64,000 nucleotides of DNA, taken from assembly GCF_036321535.1 (NCBI RefSeq), contig NC_087437.1, positions 2,418,001 to 2,482,000 of the forward strand, read 5' to 3'. The notes under the pieces are model-generated. The model had not been told where the DNA came from. It worked only from the letters and a program-made list of their open reading frames with translations, and did no database searches. The position numbers and the translations under genes were made by a program. The number at the start of each line of letters is the position of its first letter. The stretch's first letter is position 1. This DNA is from Camelus dromedarius (taxonomy: Eukaryota). Shown here in pieces: positions 39,083 to 52,515 of the stretch.

Positions 39083-41303
39083 CGTGGTGGTTGTAAAACA
39101 TCTCTACAAATTCCTTGGCACTTCCCCTGCGAAATTCCCTCCCCTGAAGTATGTACTTGCCTCAGTTAACTGGTTTCCAGGGGACAGAATGCAGGGGCAC
39201 CGCTGTGTGGTTTCTAAGGCTAAATGGCCTCTGACTTTCACTCCATAGGGATGCTCACCCTTAGAACCCAGCCACCACGTTGTGAAGCCCAGGCCACCTA
39301 CTGAGTCTTTGTACACACAGCTGTCCCAGCTGATGACCCCAGGGAATGTCCTCAACCAAAGCCAGCTCCAACTTCCAGACATGTGCATGAACAAGCCTTT
39401 AGATTATTCTAGTGCCCGCTTCATGCCAAGTGGAGAAGAAATGAGCTGGCTCCACTGAGCCTTGTCTAAACACAGATTTGGGAACCAAGTAAGTGCTGTT
39501 TGGAGTCACCAGGTTTTGAGGCAGTTTATTATATAAATTATTAGCAATAAATCACTGGCACAGATATTGATATTAAAAATGGGGCACAACCATTAGAAAA
39601 GAACCCAAACTGTGGGGATGCCTTTGCACCTGGAGGTAGGTGAAACCTGAACAGATGTAGAGACGAGTAAGAGTGAAAGCCCAAAGTGTCCACGAGACTG
39701 TTAGTGGAAGCCTGAGGGCCCTTGAAGGGCTGAGAGTGAAGGCTTCTAGGCCAGGGAAGAAAATGACACTGAAACCGGAGGGAACGGGACTCTTGCTACC
39801 GAACAGCTGAAAGTAAAATTGATGAGAGGGATAAGCTAAAACAAGCAAAAAGATTATTAAATAGAAAGGAACCAGGACTCACTGGGTTCAAATAGCTGTA
39901 TCCCATTTAAAGCATCTCCACACGCCCAATTGTCACATAATGGGTAAGCAGAGAAATGGCTTCCGGGCGAAGATCAGATCTAGGGTGCTGCCAGGGAAAC
40001 AGTCTAAAGATGAAGCCAAGACTTTGTTGAGACCTTGGAAAGGTTTAACGTGCTGCCTCAAATTCCTTTAAAGATCTTAAAAGCGTAAGAATTTCAAAGG
40101 CACGGTCCCACAACAGCTTCACAGGAAGCCCAAGGTGAAGAGTTTATCTCAAAAAGACATGAGGATAGCTTTTCCAATGGCAGGAACCCCAATAAAATTC
40201 ACAGGAAACTCAAAGTTTTAAAGAGTACTGTGGTAGCAAAACTACTGCTTGCTAGCTTGGACTGAAAGAGACAAGACAGTGCAAAACGGGAAGAGGCCTT
40301 TGGGTTTTTCTTAGAAGGTCTACGAGGAGGAAGCTGGCTTCAGAGAACCACTCAGCTGCAAACGCAGGTCACTGCTCATGAAAAGGACAGAACCAAGAGC
40401 TCAGAGAGGGCGGCGAAGGAGAACCCCTCCCAGGGTTAGGACTAAGTCCTAATCAAAGAGCCGGCAGCATCGGGCTGCACTTCAGAACTGCTACGGGCCA
40501 GTGTGCCTCCCACCTTCCAGCTGTGAGTGAGGGAGTCCTTAGCAGTTCAGCAGAATGTCGGGTGTGTGGCGGCGAATAACCCGTGTCTCCTTATCCTCAA
40601 GCCTCAGCACTGAGGGGAGTGTTCCCAAGGGCTGTACTCCAGAATCACCACGCCCAGGAACCTCAGCCCCACCTGGACCTTGGGAAGGTGGGAAAGTAAG
40701 GCCCTGCACTGGAGCCTGAGCCTAACACCACAGCGACCGAGACCTGCTTGGGGACTGAGTGGGGATAAGTGGATTTCTCGTGTGGAAGCAGTAAGAAAAC
40801 GTTGTGGCTAGTGAGTAGATTATGCTGGTTTTTGAGTGTCTCCATAAATATTCAAAATTAAATTCCATAAAAAAGGTAGAATATGGGCCAACCTTAAGTG
40901 ACTTGCTCCTAATGAACAGAAAACAGTGAAAGTCACACCGAGTGAACTGCAGGGCTTGGTTTGAAAAGGCAATTCAGCTTCTGCCTCGCTCTTAACCCTG
41001 GAACCCAGTCTCAGGTGGGCAAGCTCAGGCCACAGAGACAGCTTACGTGTTCCAGGGGAGGGGGTACACCTTCCCGCCCCAAATAAGCCACAGCCCACCG
41101 CCAACATCAACCATCAGACATCAATGGGTGAATCTTCACGTGATTCCAGCCCCCCGCCTTCGAGCTGCCCCACCTGAAGCTGAGAGGAATACAGGCCAGC
41201 TGTCTTGGCCACACTTTTCCTAAGTGCATGTTGTGAACAAAATAAATGCTTATTTAAGCCACTGAACTTTGAGGAGTTTGTTAGGCAAAAACAGATAAGC
41301 AGA
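39083..41303 (+). mobile_element. Ancient MLT1 MaLR element with LTR-internal-LTR structure
   Basis: LTR about 39083-39560 and about 40820-41303 share MLT1 motifs and termini; MLT-int-like sequence between them. Confidence 0.75.
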
Positions 41304-42619
41304 AAAGTGGATGAAAAAAGACAGTAAGAAATGTAACTTAAATATAGTAGAAATTGGTCTTCTATAAACTGGAATGTAACAAACGTTGAGATTAACTTAT
41401 TAATGACAAAGTGCTGATGAGAAGCAGCAGATAACTGAAAGAAAGACCTCAGAACTAGCGAGAGGGAAGATACTTTAGAGCTCCATCCCATTACAGCTCC
41501 TTACAAACAGGCATGTATTTCACAGTTTCCCCTCAACTTTGAGGTTAAGGAAGACTGGTGAGCAAGGAGACACAGGATTTGAAGTCTAATAATTGAAAAA
41601 CAAATAGAAAGAGTCAGTTTACCAAAATCAGCCTTTTTACCTCATTTCAATTAACTGAAATTCTAAGAGACAGGCAGCTTTGAGAACATATTAATCTAGC
41701 ACTCACTCATCATTTTCCTTTCCTCAGAGACAAAATAAAATATTATGGAACCATAAATGTAATGTCCTTTCACAGTATTTAAATTAAATACAATTTTTCC
41801 TTTACCTTACTTAAAAGCTTGTTGGTAAGGGAAGGTAAGATTGTCTCAGCTTCATGTTGTAGCACAATTCTTCTCCATATCAGAGATTGGCTTTGAACTT
41901 TTGAAATTCAAATTACTAATCTGTTATCTGTTTCTGATAAACTGATTGAATATTATCTAATTTTTAACAGCTGTACTCTTGGAAAATTTTCCTTGGATGG
42001 GATGAAATATTTATTTCATTAATTATGCATTAAGCTATAGAATACAGCTAGGTGCCTCTCCTTTTAAGTAAAAGGAGGTAGACACAGGGAGCTGAGGATG
42101 CAGGATGTACACCAAGAACAAGATCGGCACCAGTGTTACACACAAGAACCAAGCCAAAAGAGGACTTCATCGTGAACAGCAACATGATGGATTAGAGAGG
42201 TTTCCAAAGAGGAAGGTTGATTTAATCTTTTCCAGGCTTAACCTTTTGCCTTTAGATACTGAAATCTATGGATGAGTCTATGAATTATAATCAATGCAAC
42301 ATAAAGAAGTATATTGCAGACTGAGTCAGCAGATCCCGTGACCATGATTTGATGGAAACTGGAGTGAAGTGGGAGGCACTGGGTGAGAAACTAAAGGTCT
42401 GAATGGGGGGGAAGGGATGGACTTTACCTTTGCAAGCCTACTTTCTGTCATGTCACAGAGTCAGCAAGGCATAAGCTGGCCACAGGCCCCTTCACGAAGC
42501 AGCAAATCTCCACAGAAGTAGATTTACAGACATTCCGTGACACTGACTTTTTATTATTATGTAAAACAACTGGAAATATGCAAGAAGACTCGGAAAGAGT
42601 TCTCATAACATCTGAATTG

Positions 42620-44095
42620 GTACTGGCATAGGACAGACATAGATCAATGCATCACCACTGAGAATCTAAAAGAAACCCTCACATTTTCGGTCAATTGATT
42701 TTCAATACGAGTGTCAAATAACTGAATGAGACAATAATAGTCTTTTTAACAAATGGTACTGGGACAACTGGATATCCACATGCAAAAGAACAAAATTCGA
42801 CCTCTACCTCATACAATATATAAAAAATTAACTCAAAATGAAAAAGCTAAAACTACAAAATTCTTAGAAGAAAACACAGGGGTGTGTCTTCATGACTGGA
42901 TCTGGCACTTGTTTCTTAGGAAAGTAAAAGACAGAAATAGATTAACTGAACTTCATCAATATTAAAAACTTCTACTCTTCAAAAGACACCGTCAAGAAGG
43001 TAAGAAGGCAAGCTCCTGAACTGGAGGAAATACTTGAAAATCTTACATCTGATCAAAGACTTGCACTCAGGATACAAAAACAACTCTGACAATTCAATCA
43101 TAAAAAGACAACCCAATTTGAAAATGGGCAAAAACCTAAACAGACAGGTCTTCAAAGAAGATACACAAATGGATAAGCACATGAAAAGATCCCCAACATT
43201 CTTAGTCATCAGAAAAATGCAAATCAAAGCCACAATGAGATGCCAGTTCACACCTGCCAGGAGAGCTGGTGGCCAGTGGTGACAGGAATGCATAGAAATT
43301 GGGAGAATTATACACTTTGGATAAAAATGTTAGATGGTGCAGCCACTTTGGAAAACAGCATGGCAGGTCCTCAAGAGGTTAAACAGACTTACCATATGAC
43401 CCATATGACAGCATTTCCATCCTTAAGTCTGTTCCCCAAAGAAATGGAAACATGTTTTCACCCAAACTTGGACAGAAATGTTCACAGCAGCATTATTAGA
43501 AATAGCCAAAAAGCAGAGGCAACCCAAAGGTCCATCAACTGATGGATGGGTAAATGGTTTAGCCCCACAACCGAGTACTGTTCGACAATAAACAGAAATG
43601 GAAACACTGAAAAGCGCTGTAACATGGATGAACCTTGAAGACGTTTTGTCAAATGAAAAAAGCTAATCATGAAGGACCACACAGCATGTGATTCCATTCC
43701 TGGGAAACACCCAGAGCAGGCACATCTATAGAGACAGAAGTCAGACTGGTGATTGCCAGGGGATGGGGGGGCTGTGGTGCCGGGGGTGATAGACAAGGGA
43801 TGCAGGATTTCTTTTTGGGGTGATGGGAATGTTCTAAAATTGATTGTGGTGACAGCTGCACATCTCTGAATATACTAGGAGATAATAACTATGCATCCTA
43901 AATGGGCGAATTATATGATACGTGAATTTTTTTCTTTTTTGGTGGAGGGAAGTAATTAAGTTTTACTTATTTATTTTTAGAGGAGGTACAGGGGATCGAA
44001 CCCAGGACATTGTGTATGCTAAGTATGCACTCTACAACTTGAGTTATGCAATCCCCTTATAATATGTGAATTATATTTGAACAAAGTTAAAAAAA
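42620..44095 (+). mobile_element. Old L1M 3' fragment (ORF2 end plus 3'UTR) interrupted by a SINE
   Basis: ORF2 remnants (KHMKRSPTFLVIRKMQIKATMR); 3'UTR gggtgatgggaatgttctaaaattgattgtggtga. Confidence 0.88.
43926..44056 (-). mobile_element. Vic-1-type SINE
   Basis: ggaggtacaggggatcgaacccaggac...; TSD-like tat(g/a)ata(c/t)gtgaatt on both sides. Confidence 0.88.
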
Positions 44096-44664
44096 AAAAA
44101 TCCAAAGGCAGGATCTAGACAATTTTCTTAATTCTCTATTTTGGGTGTACAGATGTGATCTGAATTTCTCCGTGCATTGACAACATGTCTAAAATGAAGA
44201 GAAAATGAAGGCAATGCCTAACTTCAACTGGTTTGTATAATGACCTTTCTGCACAAGGCATTCTGAAATCCATGAAATAAATACACACAGATTCGATATC
44301 CATTCACAAAAGTGAAGATGAGACATGACAATTTTCTGGAACATTCCATGAAACATTATCCTCTGATTTGATCTAGCTTGCCTCATTGTGGTGAGAGATC
44401 ACTAAAAAATACTGTTTAATAGGGAAAAAAGTTCACTTCTGTGAGGAAAGAGGTATAAATCTCAACTTCTCTAAGGGTAAATATTATAAGAAAAAAATAA
44501 AGAATGGCAGAATGAAAGTCAAAGTTTAAGAAACAAGTGCATTATAAAGATAATAAAAGTGTAATTATAATGAAGATGCAAAAGAAAGCTGTCCCTGAAA
44601 AGCTAGTGTCCTGCAACACTCTGTGCTGCACACTCACGGCCGACGTGCTGAATTTCATACGTAC

Positions 44665-44817
44665 TGGATTCGCAGTTTGATGTGACTTCCTCTCTCCATC
44701 CCGTCTCTTGTTTTCTGAATTAGTCTTATGATGTGCTGTCACCTCCAGGGACGCTTCCAACATGGACACTCTCTTTCGGGTGTCAGTCAGTTCTTGTTCA
44801 AGCTGTCTGATATGGGC
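44665..44817 (-). CDS. ANKRD26: ANKRD26-like exon, 153 bp, phase 0-0 (AHIRQLEQELTDTRKRVSMLEASLEVT...QTANP)
   Basis: Resembles VVVRQLQQELADTLKKQSMSEASLEVT; ctctttag/gtacgt boundaries. Confidence 0.92.
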
Positions 44818-45843
44818 CTAAAGAGATAACTCTGTTACTGAATTTTAAGTCACCTTATCATTAAGTTACATTAATAATATATAACTCCAACAAATGGACA
44901 TTGAGAACTATCCCCACAGACATCAATTCGCCTTCTTTTCCTCATAGGCACACATTCCTGTTTACTGAGTTCCATTAAAGACACAGAAAGCATGACCCTC
45001 CTGCCTTACCGACAGTAAGTTAACTTAGACGATGGATGCAGCCCCACCAGCCATTCCCTGCCCCTCCCAGGAAGTGGCCAAGCTTTACCCCCACTGAAGT
45101 CTCAAACAGAAAGGGGTGTGTGGGTGGGATGAGTGGTGGTAAATTCCACACTGTGGAACATTCTCCCTCTTTCTCATTAGAGGCTTAAGTTCAGAGTTCT
45201 TCACATATTCAATCTGGTGTTTAAAGCTTTCCAATAGACTCCTATCTCACAATAAAAACGAGGTTATTCCAATGGCCTTTGGGGACCCGAGACAACCTGG
45301 CCTCCCCTGCCTCCTGGACTGCAGCTCCTACGGCTCCCCCCACCCCTCCCACTCACTCCCTTCCTGCCACTCAGGACTCTGGCTGCTCCTCCTCAGTCTG
45401 AAAATGGGACCCCAGTGCCAAACTCGAACATCACAGAGCGCTCCAGTTCCTCTGTACTGGACAAACTTAGATCCAAATGACAGTAACTCAGCCTTGCAAT
45501 GAGAACTGTGAGCACATTATTTGAAAAAATGTTCAAAGTAAATTATAACTAGAACAGGGGAGACTAAGTCAAACACAATTTTGCTAAAATTTACATTTGT
45601 CCCAAATTATGACTGAATGAAAAGTAGATGTCTTTAAGGAGTGGAGAGGTCATAACAATACATGATTTGAGATGGAAGTATTTCTAAATTTAATTCCAAT
45701 TGACATGAATAAAAATAAAGTTATATCAACGAACAATGTATGAAAAGGTACTGAAGGAAAAGTACTGCAAGATACACCATTTACACATCAGTTCATCTGG
45801 GAAATCTGGATTTAACTGTCAAGGTAATCCACACAATTGAATC

Positions 45844-45885
<42 letters not shown>

Positions 45886-46305
45886 TTTTTTTTGTTGTTG
45901 TTGTTTACTCATTTGTTCACACAACTGAATCTTAATTTCAAAATACTCATTTTAGTTCTGAGCATTTCATTTATCTGCTTCATGATACTAAAATGTGGTG
46001 ACAGAAAGATTAAAATGATTTGGGCAGTATAAATTACTAAGACCTGCCTGTATCTGTCAACAACTTATAGCATAATCTCTTAGAATTTCAGGTGACACGG
46101 CATCTTTACTCAAAGTAAAGCACCTCTCAGGTCTAATTTTTGTTTGCTGGATACAAGAAATGCCTTTAGGCTGCTTTACAGTGTATATATTTATAGACCG
46201 CACATTTCTCATATTCAACTAGTTTCAACGTTCAGCTTTCATCAGATACTACTTTGAATTTTCTTTGAGGAAGTCTGAAAATTGGTTCCCTTTCTGGGTA
46301 CTTAC

Positions 46306-46818
46306 TTCCATTTCTGCTCTGTCTGTTTCATACTGACACAGTCTGTGCTTTAAACATCTGCATTCATCGATTAACTCCTTGTTTCCTTCCTCCAGCATCA
46401 GAACTCGTCTGCTCATGGCTTCAAGTTTTCCCATGTGATCCAGAAACAGCTGTGGGGCATTAAGTATTGTCTCTTCGCTTCTGCCTTCATTTTGAGCAAC
46501 TTCCAGTTGCTGTCGAAGCAACGTGTTTTCACTTTGTAGTTTACATATTGTCTCCTTCAAGAACATCTGCTTTCCAATGTATTTGCTGAATTCCCCTTGT
46601 TTGCTCTGAGACAAGGGTTCAGTTTCCTTGTTTGAACGCTGGGCTTGGCCTCGGTCTCTATGCACGCATTCTAATAACAACGTCGTTGGTCTAAGAGCAT
46701 CTTTCCTGGGATGGAGCTCAATTTCTGGGCCACGGAATTGACGTTCAGCTTCAGGAACTTGCTGAGGAAGCACCTCGCTGCTATCTTTTGGGTCAGACAG
46801 CTTAAAATCCATCGTGTC
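46306..46818 (-). CDS. ANKRD26: 3' part of the large coiled-coil exon, 513 bp (DTMDFKLSD...QYETDRAEME); acceptor position inferred
   Basis: ORF 46249-46863 matches QRARDE...LQSENMLLRQQL...EKAERE; donor gtaagt; in-frame acceptor tttcacttacag|gac; homology extends up to about 46853. Confidence 0.88.
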
Positions 46819-48259
46819 CTGTAAGTGAAACCCCTCATCTCTTACTCTTTGAACTGTACGCAATAAACTGACATATCATAGTTTCCTTTGAAGTGAAAGA
46901 CTAATCTCTAAGTTTATACAACAAAAAGTTTGCAGTAACTGGGTATCCAACTGGAAAAACTTAAGGTGGATACAAATCTCAAACTTTAAACAACCAGAAA
47001 TCCCCAAAGTTCAAAAATTTAATGAAAGACAGTGAATCCATGAAAGTAAAAAAGAAACCACAAAAGGATGTTTAAGAAGCTCAGAATCGGAAAGGCCTTT
47101 CTTTCTCTGAAATACAACAAACCCAAAAGGCTTAAAAAAAATGAATAAATCTGACTACACTTAAAAATTATATCTGACATCTTACCTTTACAGCTACCCC
47201 CAAAGTAAGAGCCTTAGCTCTGTATAAATTGGGACAGGTTAGATTTCCTAAAAATTTCTTTCCTGAGAATATTCCATAAATATTCTCCCTTTCTATCATT
47301 TTTAGAGCGAGTTATAAGAATTACATCTACGGATAAATGATAAATCTAAGCACTGTTCTAAGCACATCTACAAACATCAGTTAACTCATTTAACTGTGAC
47401 AATTCTGGAATAAAGGGTTGAAAACACAAGCAAGCTGCAGGGTTTCCCCCAGGGCTTCTGACTCTCTGACACTTACACCAAACCAAAGCTACTTCTCTAG
47501 GATAAATACATAAACACAACAGAAGCCTTCTACTTCCCTAATGGTGAACACACTAAAGGTCAACAAGGTCAAATTTACAGAGCTCTTCGTAGAAAATCAG
47601 GAGACTATTTGCTTCTGCAATAATTTTGATTTCTTCTTCATGGTGTTTATAACAGTAATGGATGTGAAATAGCAGGGAAATACAGTGAACCGCTTTATTA
47701 AAAATAAAATACTGATCAATAAATTATCACTCAGTACAGAGTACGGCATATCTATCACTATACTCGAAATCTCCTTGTACTGAAATCGGATACCACATGG
47801 AGCAGAGCGTTCCTTTTCATCACACGTAGGAGAATGAAACCCAAACTACGGTTTCTGAACTGGCTGCGCTTTTCCCTCCTTACCATCAGTGGAAATGATA
47901 AACTTACCTCTCCATTCGTCTATCAAAGGAGTGAGATCACTGCCAGAAACTAGAATGCCTGCCGTTAGGAGCAACAGTTTTGAGATAATGGAAAGTTCAT
48001 CGATTCCTATGGGCAATATTAACAGCCTCTCCTTGGATGAGGCCATTGTGAATGTCACTACGTCACTGTTGCCGGCAAGTGGACTTGAATTCAAAATATT
48101 GCTTTATCCAATGGACCGGAAATGAAACCTCCAGAAAATATATTTACATATATAGGCTTTTAAAACCCTCTATACTTTCTGTACCTACAGTATTGGTTTT
48201 TAAACTATGTAAGTATACAAATTCATACACACACGTTTGAAGATGACTAAAGAAAATAC

Positions 48260-48397
48260 CTCAGCATTCATTTCCTTATTAGCCTTTTCTGCCTCCTTTT
48301 GTTGGGAAAGATGATGGGCCAGGATGTCATCTTGTATTACTCTGGCATTCTGCAGTCGAGAACGTTGTCTCTCAGCGTCATTTCGCTCTTCTAAAAC
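48260..48397 (-). CDS. ANKRD26: ANKRD26-like exon, 138 bp, phase 0-0 (VLEERNDAERQRSRLQNARVIQDDILAHHLSQQKEAEKANKEMNAE)
   Basis: Resembles VVQERNDAQRQLSREQNARMLQDGIL...; tctccag/gtattt boundaries. Confidence 0.93.
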
Positions 48398-48621
48398 CTG
48401 GAGACATATTACATTAGGTTTTGGGTTTTATACCATGAAAAAAAGTCAAAAAAAGCTTAGGAGGGGAATCTTTAAAAATTTTTTTAAACCTGTTAAAAAG
48501 AAGTAGCCTTTTTAAGCACAGGGACCTTTAATGCATATAAATAACTCAAATTCTAATATACATGACAGCTAAATTTATCACAGAGCAAAAACACAAGGGA
48601 TGTAGTATCATGAAAGAAAAA

Positions 48622-48850
48622 CTTTTTTAACACTTTTGAAATTGAGTTATAGTCATTTAACAATGTTGTGTCAAATTCCAGTGTAGAGCACAAGTTTTCA
48701 GTTGTACATGAACATATATATATTCATTGTGACAGTTTTTTGTTGTGAGCTACCACAAGATCTTGCATATATTTCCCTGTGCTATACAGTATAATCTGGC
48801 TCATCTATTCTGCATATGCCTGTCAGTATCTACAAATTTTGAAATCCCAG
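48622..48850 (-). mobile_element. L1 3' end
   Basis: atttccctgtgctatacagt motif; flanking direct repeat tgaaagaaaa. Confidence 0.85.
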
Positions 48851-49245
48851 TGAAAGAAAATTTCTTTATAAGGCATTTAACCAGTTCCATCATAGTCTCA
48901 AGGCGATTTAACCTGGATTTTAACTTCAAAAAGCCAAAATTAACACATGGATTTGAATTAGACTTGTTATTTTGTTGAACGGACCAAAACTGTCAAACCT
49001 TATGTTAATGATTAAGCTCAATTTAACTTCCATTCCTTCATTCAGAAAAGACACAGAGCATCTGTTAGATGCCAAGAACACCAAGAAATTAGTAAATTAA
49101 GCTCTAAATGTCATAGTTCATATCTAGGATGAGATAACTTTTATTTGTTTTAAATGAAAATATAGATTCATTCAGAAGAATATTATAAATAATATTGATG
49201 AAACAGTGTTAGAGATATGAAACTTTCACGTTAAGATTAATTTAC

Positions 49246-49429
49246 CTGATTTGGTTTATTCCTTACGCCCTTCGGTTTGCATTCTAGTGCTCGGGCAGTG
49301 CTTTCAATCTGTTGCTTCAGGAAAACTTGCTCATTGTCTTGTTTCTCTTTTCTTTTTAAATCATCCTCAGGTTTTTCATATAATGTATAAGCATTTTTCT
49401 TCTTCTTTGTTTCTTGTTCTAATGTGAAT
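49246..49429 (-). CDS. ANKRD26: ANKRD26-like exon, 184 bp, phase 2-0 (FTLEQETKKKKNAYTLYEK...RNKPNQ)
   Basis: Within ORF 49237-49485; cactgcag/gtaaat boundaries. Confidence 0.93.
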
Positions 49430-49603
49430 CTGCAGTGAAATATGCTTACCTTAAAATTTATTTTGTTAGAAAATAAAAAGTTCATTTTATGATCTGGTTT
49501 TTCACATGCTGATTTATTACCCTAATGGAATTTCTATGTTCTCAATTTTTTTTCATTTCTAAGTCTCACATTTTAAATTCCTCACTTCAATCTCTTCATA
49601 AAG

Positions 49604-49606
<3 letters not shown>

Positions 49607-49657
<51 letters not shown>
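49607..49657. repeat. (CA)n microsatellite, about 25 units
   Basis: Direct inspection. Confidence 0.95.
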
Positions 49658-49662
<5 letters not shown>

Positions 49663-50615
49663 AAAAGTAGCAATGAAAAGACAATGCTACTGAGTTTCAA
49701 TCAAGAGTAACTCTGGTCAATAGTGTAGGAAAGAAATTTTGCAATTATTCACTAAGGTTTGAATTGAAAATTACCCTCTTTTCCCCCACATAGTCATAAG
49801 TTACTTCTTCATTGGGACAGAGAAATTAGTTACTAGTTAAAAGAGAATTTGCTATTTAGAAACAAGATTATAAGTTCATGAGAGATAAAATTTCAACTTC
49901 CTGAAGTATTACAGGGACTCCTACATGATCTCCAGGGGAAGATAACAACCACAGGTGCCTTTTCCAGAACACAGACCCGCTAATTAGCATAATCCAAGGC
50001 GAGGCTGGGGACTCTACTCCCTGATGCCCTACACTTTGTTTCTTCTTTCGCAACACTTTGAACTTACCTTGTTGAATATTATTTATTTAGTAAATCATTT
50101 TTAAATCCCTTATGGTACAAGGCAGGATCCATAGTAAGTAATTAAAAAATAAAGAGTAATCCACGCTTTCAGCATAGACCTTTGAACTAATCTTATCTCT
50201 GTATGAGAGCGATGCTGAATAAACTAACCAGTAATCACTTTCCACTTTACTCTTCAGTCCACCCATTCATATGTTAACAATCAAACAGCATAAATTTTTT
50301 GAAAGTTTCTGCCTTGAGAAAAATGATCATTTCATAATTCTGCAAGTGAGAATGTAAAGTAATATAAACTTTCTGGAGAACACTTGAGAGATAAAGATCA
50401 AAGAATTTTTTTAAAGAAATATAGAATGAGGAGATATATATATATATATTGCTGTGTTATTCCCAAGAGTCTCACATTCCACAATATTAATGAAATTTTC
50501 TCCCCTGTAAAATCCCAAAAGGGAAGTTAGCAATTATGACTTCTCCTACATACCTACAGTATTAAAGTAAATATAAAGAGTTCAAATATTTCTTTAAAAC
50601 CAAGAAATTCAGTAC

Positions 50616-50826
50616 CTCATGTGGCGGAGCTCTCGTTCCCACTCCATATTTTGAAGTTTTAACTGTGATTTTGCTTCTCTTGTTTTCAGCAGCTCTGTGT
50701 GTAGCCAGTTCACATTCTTTTCCATTTCTTTAAGTTTTCCTCTAAGTTGTGTGCAGTAAGATTCTTTAAGTTCTATTGATCGGAATGAATCAACTGGATC
50801 CTGAATTTTCAATAACCTATCAGAAT
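50616..50826 (-). CDS. ANKRD26: ANKRD26-like exon, 211 bp, phase 1-2 (DSDRLLKIQD...WERELRHMR)
   Basis: Within ORF 50609-50908; aatgcag/gtactg boundaries. Confidence 0.93.
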
Positions 50827-50989
50827 CTGCATTAGGAAGAAAACAAAAATAGAAACAAAATATATGAATAATTTTTGTGTATAAAGGACTGTGCATTTTC
50901 ACATTCATTCATCCATACATTGAACAAATGGATATTGAGCATCTATAACGTGGAAGACATTCTTCTAAGCTCTGCAGATGTTGAAAGAA

Positions 50990-52515
50990 TCACAAAGTAA
51001 TATTATGAACATTATGCAAATAAATTTGACAATTCAGATGAAGTGGGTAAAATTCCTTGAAAGAGAGGAATTACAAAAGCTCACTTAAGAAAGAACAAAT
51101 AAGCTAAAAAGCCCTACATCTTAAAAACCAAAACAAAAGTCCTATTTAAAGACCTTACGTCAAAGAAAATTCCAGTCATAATGGTTACACTGGTGAATTC
51201 TTCCAAATATTTTAGGAAAATTTAATACCAATTCTACACAAATTCTCCTCAAAAAATGAAGAGAAAGAAATATGTCCTCATTCTATGAAACTCACATTAC
51301 CCTGAATCCAAAACCAAAGATATTACAAGAAAGAAAACTAATGTCGTGAAAATGGAGGTAAAATTTCTGAACAAAACATTAGCGAATTAAATCCAACAAT
51401 ACAGGATAATTCATCGTGACCAAGTCGGGTGTATCCCAGGAATGCAGGGCTGTTTTAACACGTAAAAATCAATGTTATTCATCATATTAACAAACTAAAA
51501 AACAAACCATATGATCGTGTCAGTGGATAAAAAGAGGCACTTGCCAAACCTCAACATCTATTCCTGATAAAAACTTCCAGCAAACTGGGAACCAAGGGAA
51601 CGTCTTCACTATGACAAAGACCCGTGCTAAGCCGACAGCTGGCACCATACGCAACGGTGAAAAACGGAATGCTTTTCCCAGAAGGTGAGGAACCGGACAG
51701 GAGTGGCTTCTCTTACTCCTTCTAATCAGCACTGTACTGGAGCCAGTGCAATCAGGCAAAATAAAGAACCAAAAGGCATCTGGATGGGAAATGAAGAGGT
51801 AAAACTATCTGCTAATCAGCGGGGAATATGACTACATGGTGCGAGTCAGCTAACTCCAACCTGTGGGCTGGGTTGCTTGCTTTGGTAAATAAACTTTTAC
51901 TGAAATACAGCCACGTCCATTAACTTGTGTATTGTCTATGGCTACTCTTGTTGCAACGGTGACAGAGCTGATTAGCTGTGACAGAGAATGTATTTATTGG
52001 CTGCAAGTCTTAAATGTGAACTATCCTTAGTAACACAGTAGTTTAAAGAAGAAAAAGCTGGACCACCTCTGGTTATTTAGAAAATCGGAGAGAATCCATA
52101 AAAACACTACTAGAACTAACAAATGGGTTCAGCCAGGTTGGAGGGCAGAGAGTCACTATACAGATATCAACTGTATTTCTATCATCAGAAACTAAAATTT
52201 AAAATATATTATTTTAAAACAAATAAATAAAAATATACTACTTATAATCTCTCTGAAAAATAAGAAATACAGGTAAACTCATAAAAGATGGAAACACCCA
52301 GACACTAAAAACTCTAAAATATTGCTGAGAAAATCAAGGAAGACCTATATAAATGGAGAAATAAACTTTGTTCGGGATTAAAAATTTCATTTTGTTAAGA
52401 AGTCAATTCTCCCCAAATTAATCTACAGATTCAACATAATCTACATCTCATTTCCAGGACACTAGCAGACTTTTTTTTTTAGCATTGACAAGCTGATTCT
52501 AAAATTCACGTGGAA
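50990..52515 (+). mobile_element. Old L1 ORF2 fragment with nested MER58-like element (about 51840-52070)
   Basis: RT-region motifs (gaccaagtcgggtgtatcccaggaatgcaggg); MER58 core gtaaataaacttttactgaaatacagccac. Confidence 0.85.

Noticed and set aside
42428..42507. Candidate for the missing LQEAQDRH exon (donor gtaaag)
   Set aside because: No peptide similarity and an in-frame stop.
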